DNA of 63,688 nucleotides, filler included, from Collodictyon triciliatum (Eukaryota), in the NCBI GenBank assembly GCA_043381765.1. It is 13 parts of 13 records of this genome, joined end to end, with 100 filler letters (N's around TTAATTAATTAA, not from the genome) between each part and the next. Parts side by side here need not be neighbours in the genome. Positions count along the whole stretch, not along the records: positions 60,172 to 63,688 come from JBHJMP010005676.1; 12 more parts are not named here. The stretch is one strand, 5' to 3'. The translations under genes and the position numbers were made by a program. Positions 60,822 through 63,688 of the stretch are shown here, piece by piece (positions within the stretch are counted from its first letter, which is position 1; every line of letters starts with the position of its first letter). Under the pieces are notes generated by a model. The model worked only from the letters and a program-made list of their open reading frames with translations, did no database searches and was not told the DNA's origin.

Positions 60822-63586
60822 TCATCTTCTTTCAGTAGATACGCGAATTAAATCAGTTGAGTTATCTTCACTCGCTTCATCCTTGCGAGATGATGAAGGA
60901 CTCATGAGAAGTGTTTCTTGGTGCAAAAAATCGTGTATTATTCCTTCTTTCAATTTTGAATTTGAGAAAAATTTAAAATCCCCCTCGAAGCAAACGTTGC
61001 TATCCTCGAACTCGTCCATCCGCGTAAATAAACTGCACCTAGTATGGTTTGAACTATTTCCTGAAGACAGGGACGGTAACATGGTCACATTCGTAGCTTC
61101 TACCGAAGTACTGGAACAAACGGACTCTGACTTGGGTCCTAGATTTATAATAATTCTAAGTTTATAAAAGTCCTTTATACCAAAATCGATATTTTCACTG
61201 AATAAAGAGTGAGAATACTCTCTTTAGAATAGTTCTTTAAAATTATAATAATGCACTCACCCTCAACTGATACATCATCTTGTAGAGGCTGTGGTGTTGG
61301 GCGATCAAAAGAGCAGTCTTTGGTTTTCTTGAACGGACTGGATTGTGCATGCCTCCTTTTCTTCGTCCTTTTAGGTTCAATTTTGATAACAGGTTGGTCT
61401 TTGAGTTCAACCAAGAATGAGCAAAGTGTATGTCTGGCAAAGGGATGAACCATATCCCATGGTGTTGGCTTCTGCTCATACGTAACTATGGGACTTTCGT
61501 CGTCTGAGTTAACAAACCGAATGCATTCAATTAATTTGCTTTTATCAGGATCATTTGTTGATGACTCTATTTTTTCAGATATTATTGAGGGTGTTACAGG
61601 CTGTAAAAATGAGCAAAAATCAGGCTTTTGCTTAAACTTCTGGTTCATTTTGGTGCATTTTGTAGAAATGCTGGCAACATCTGCACTGATTCCGCAGATA
61701 GACTCTTTTAATAGGTCTTCAAAGGGTATGTCTTGGCCATCATCGTTTTTTATCGCTAGTTTTTGATATTTAATACAGAGATTAATATATCTCCACCTCA
61801 ACAAAAAAAAATTATCAAAAATTATCAAAAATAAAATAAAATAAATATATATGACCGATTCTCTGCATGAATAAAAAAACGTAATGTTTATCATGCATTT
61901 ATTTCATGAGACACCGATATGATTGCATAAAATTAGTAAATGAGTGACTTAAAGTATTCGTTTTATCTTCTCTTTTCTTTTTCTTTTTTTTTGAGATAGA
62001 AAGAGTGACCTTTTTGCTTATAAGAATCAATATCAATTCTACCTGGAAAGAAGGCCTCGATTTTTATCCGTTTTGTTTGGGATTCATCTTCGGCAGAGTG
62101 ATTTGTTCGAGGACATTTACTCGTGTTTCTCCATGAGCATGTCCAAGTACCGGTGCGCTGAACGATCTCTTTAAACTTAGGAATGTCTTTAGTCTTTGGA
62201 ATCTTACTCACACTCCAAAATGGCGGAAGCGTGAAAGAAGAAATCATTGTTTCTTCCAAGCATATTTCGATACGAAAATACAGAAATCCATTTCCATGAA
62301 ATGGGAATCTCTCCATATTGCAATCGTATACTTTGCAACTTGTCTGCTCCACCCCAAACTTTCCAATTTCAAAGATATCGCCTGAGCGCTTGGCAGCAAT
62401 TGTAGTCTAGTATGTCATTATGAAAAGAGGAGGTAAATATCGTGTTTATATTACGAACTGAATACGGACTTCTGTAAACAAAATAGCATCAATAAATCGG
62501 AAAAGTTATACTTACATATAATTCATCTTTTATTCTCAACCCATCGGCAACCCTCCTATCGGTATAGTCCAGAAGAGACACAGATACCCCCAAGGCTTTA
62601 GGTATTAAATGTGATGGCTCAATGCGAACATATATGTTCCACGGCTCCGTTTCATTGGTTACCAGGCATGGGAAGCTCGGGTAAGGCGGTAACCCAGGGT
62701 CGTGTATGATATTTGGATGAGGTGCGTGTGTTCGAACCACAGAAACATAGTACGCCAATCTGCAGCATAGTTGATTTATATTTTAATATGAATGACGTAA
62801 GTGAGGATCAAAAAAAAAAGCTTAAAAATATGAATGACGTAGGTCTGAATTATTATATTATATACCTAATATTGGACATAAGTCTGAAGGGAAAGTAAAA
62901 TGGCAACTGAGTTAACAAAGACAAAATGAGGTTTTGTTGAAGTCGATTTTGTTCTTACCGGTTCCCAGAGAAAAAGAGATAACCACAAGGATTTTTCTGA
63001 TGTCCAGAAAGAACTGCCCCTGAGGCTTCTCCCTCTACTTTATCAGAGCCTGCTTGGTCTTTTTGCATTTTCTGTGGTTTCTTTTATTTAGAAAAAATGC
63101 ATCGAAATATTGAAAGACTCCGTAGGTGAAGGGAATGAGGATTTTTTTTCCTTTATTCGATTAGGAAGGGAAATGAAGATGATATCAAACAATCGAGGAA
63201 TTCTCTGTTTTGTTACTTTGAGATAAAGAGAAAGAAGCAACGCTCTATCTGTGAGCAAAGATTGAGATAGTTGAATTATAAGGAGGGCCGGACCAATAAC
63301 TCAAACCTTCTCTGGTGCTTGTGCAGATTCCTTTGCTGGGAGATTGGGTGGGCTATGGAGCAATTCTTTCGTTGGCTTCGAAAAGACTGAAAGAATCTCT
63401 AGAATCCCTAATGAAAAAGTTTTAGACACGTTCCCTCTTTCTTTTTTTCTTGTTTTATTATTCTTTCTCATTCCTTTGTCTTTTTTTTTTTTTAAGGTTG
63501 CCATATCTTGTTTTCTTCATACCACCGTATTTGACTGGTTGGGTATGATCGGTATCAAAAGTTGAAGGAACGGCAAGAAAGGATAC
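60822..63586 (-). CDS. Hypothetical multi-exon protein, possibly an Ig-fold DNA-binding protein, 5'-partial
   Basis: Frame-consistent exons lie at about 63586-63525, 63398-63307, 63082-62959, 62759-62516, 62406-61990, 61795-61261 and 61140-60822. They encode a beta-rich region (IYVRIE, VSVSLLD, FGVEQTS, FLYFRIEI, PPFWSVSK) and basic NLS-like motifs (KRIK, KRTKKRR). Confidence 0.55.
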
Positions 63587-63600
63587 TATTGGCCTTTTTT

Positions 63601-63634
<34 letters not shown>

Positions 63635-63688
63635 TCTAATTAAAAATTTTTTCTTTAAATTTTTTATTTATTGAAAAAAAAAAAACAA

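Noticed and set aside
63578-63587. GTATCCTTT on the minus strand as a second U12 donor
   Set aside because: It is better explained as an acceptor AG followed by exon sequence (caatag|TATCCTTT) that stays in frame with downstream exons.

Overview
Eukaryotic, AT-rich, intron-dense genomic DNA, probably from a protist; the organism cannot be identified from the sequence alone. The window is not one locus. It is 13 unrelated contigs of about 4.9 kb joined by artificial 100-nt spacers (N44-TTAATTAATTAA-N44), and most contigs break at a microsatellite, so most genes are partial. Genes were reconstructed by manual splicing: a CH-domain/coiled-coil/PH protein with a 138-bp tandem array, BIO3-BIO1 (biotin synthesis), a RhoGAP lacking the arginine finger, a disrupted B-box/coiled-coil/NHL gene, a coiled-coil/PQ-rich protein, a Rab1-like GTPase, a LOG-family protein, a CH-DH-PH RhoGEF, a modular LRR gene, golgin-84, a CH-domain fragment, a possible WDFY3/LvsA-like ARM protein, copine, WRAP73, pelota and a possible Ig-fold transcription factor. 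The strongest findings are four. (1) An LRR gene is built entirely of phase-0 exons in a repeating cassette of three 69-nt single-LRR exons plus one 279-282-nt exon that carries an unrecognised ~50-aa insert domain. (2) The Rab gene has a clear AT-AC (U12-type) intron whose best branch-point match lies about 96 nt upstream of the 3' splice site. (3) Splice donors are very degenerate and AAG acceptors are frequent. (4) The 46-aa coiled-coil array has a higher-order repeat structure. No tRNA, rRNA, CRISPR array or recognisable transposase was seen.
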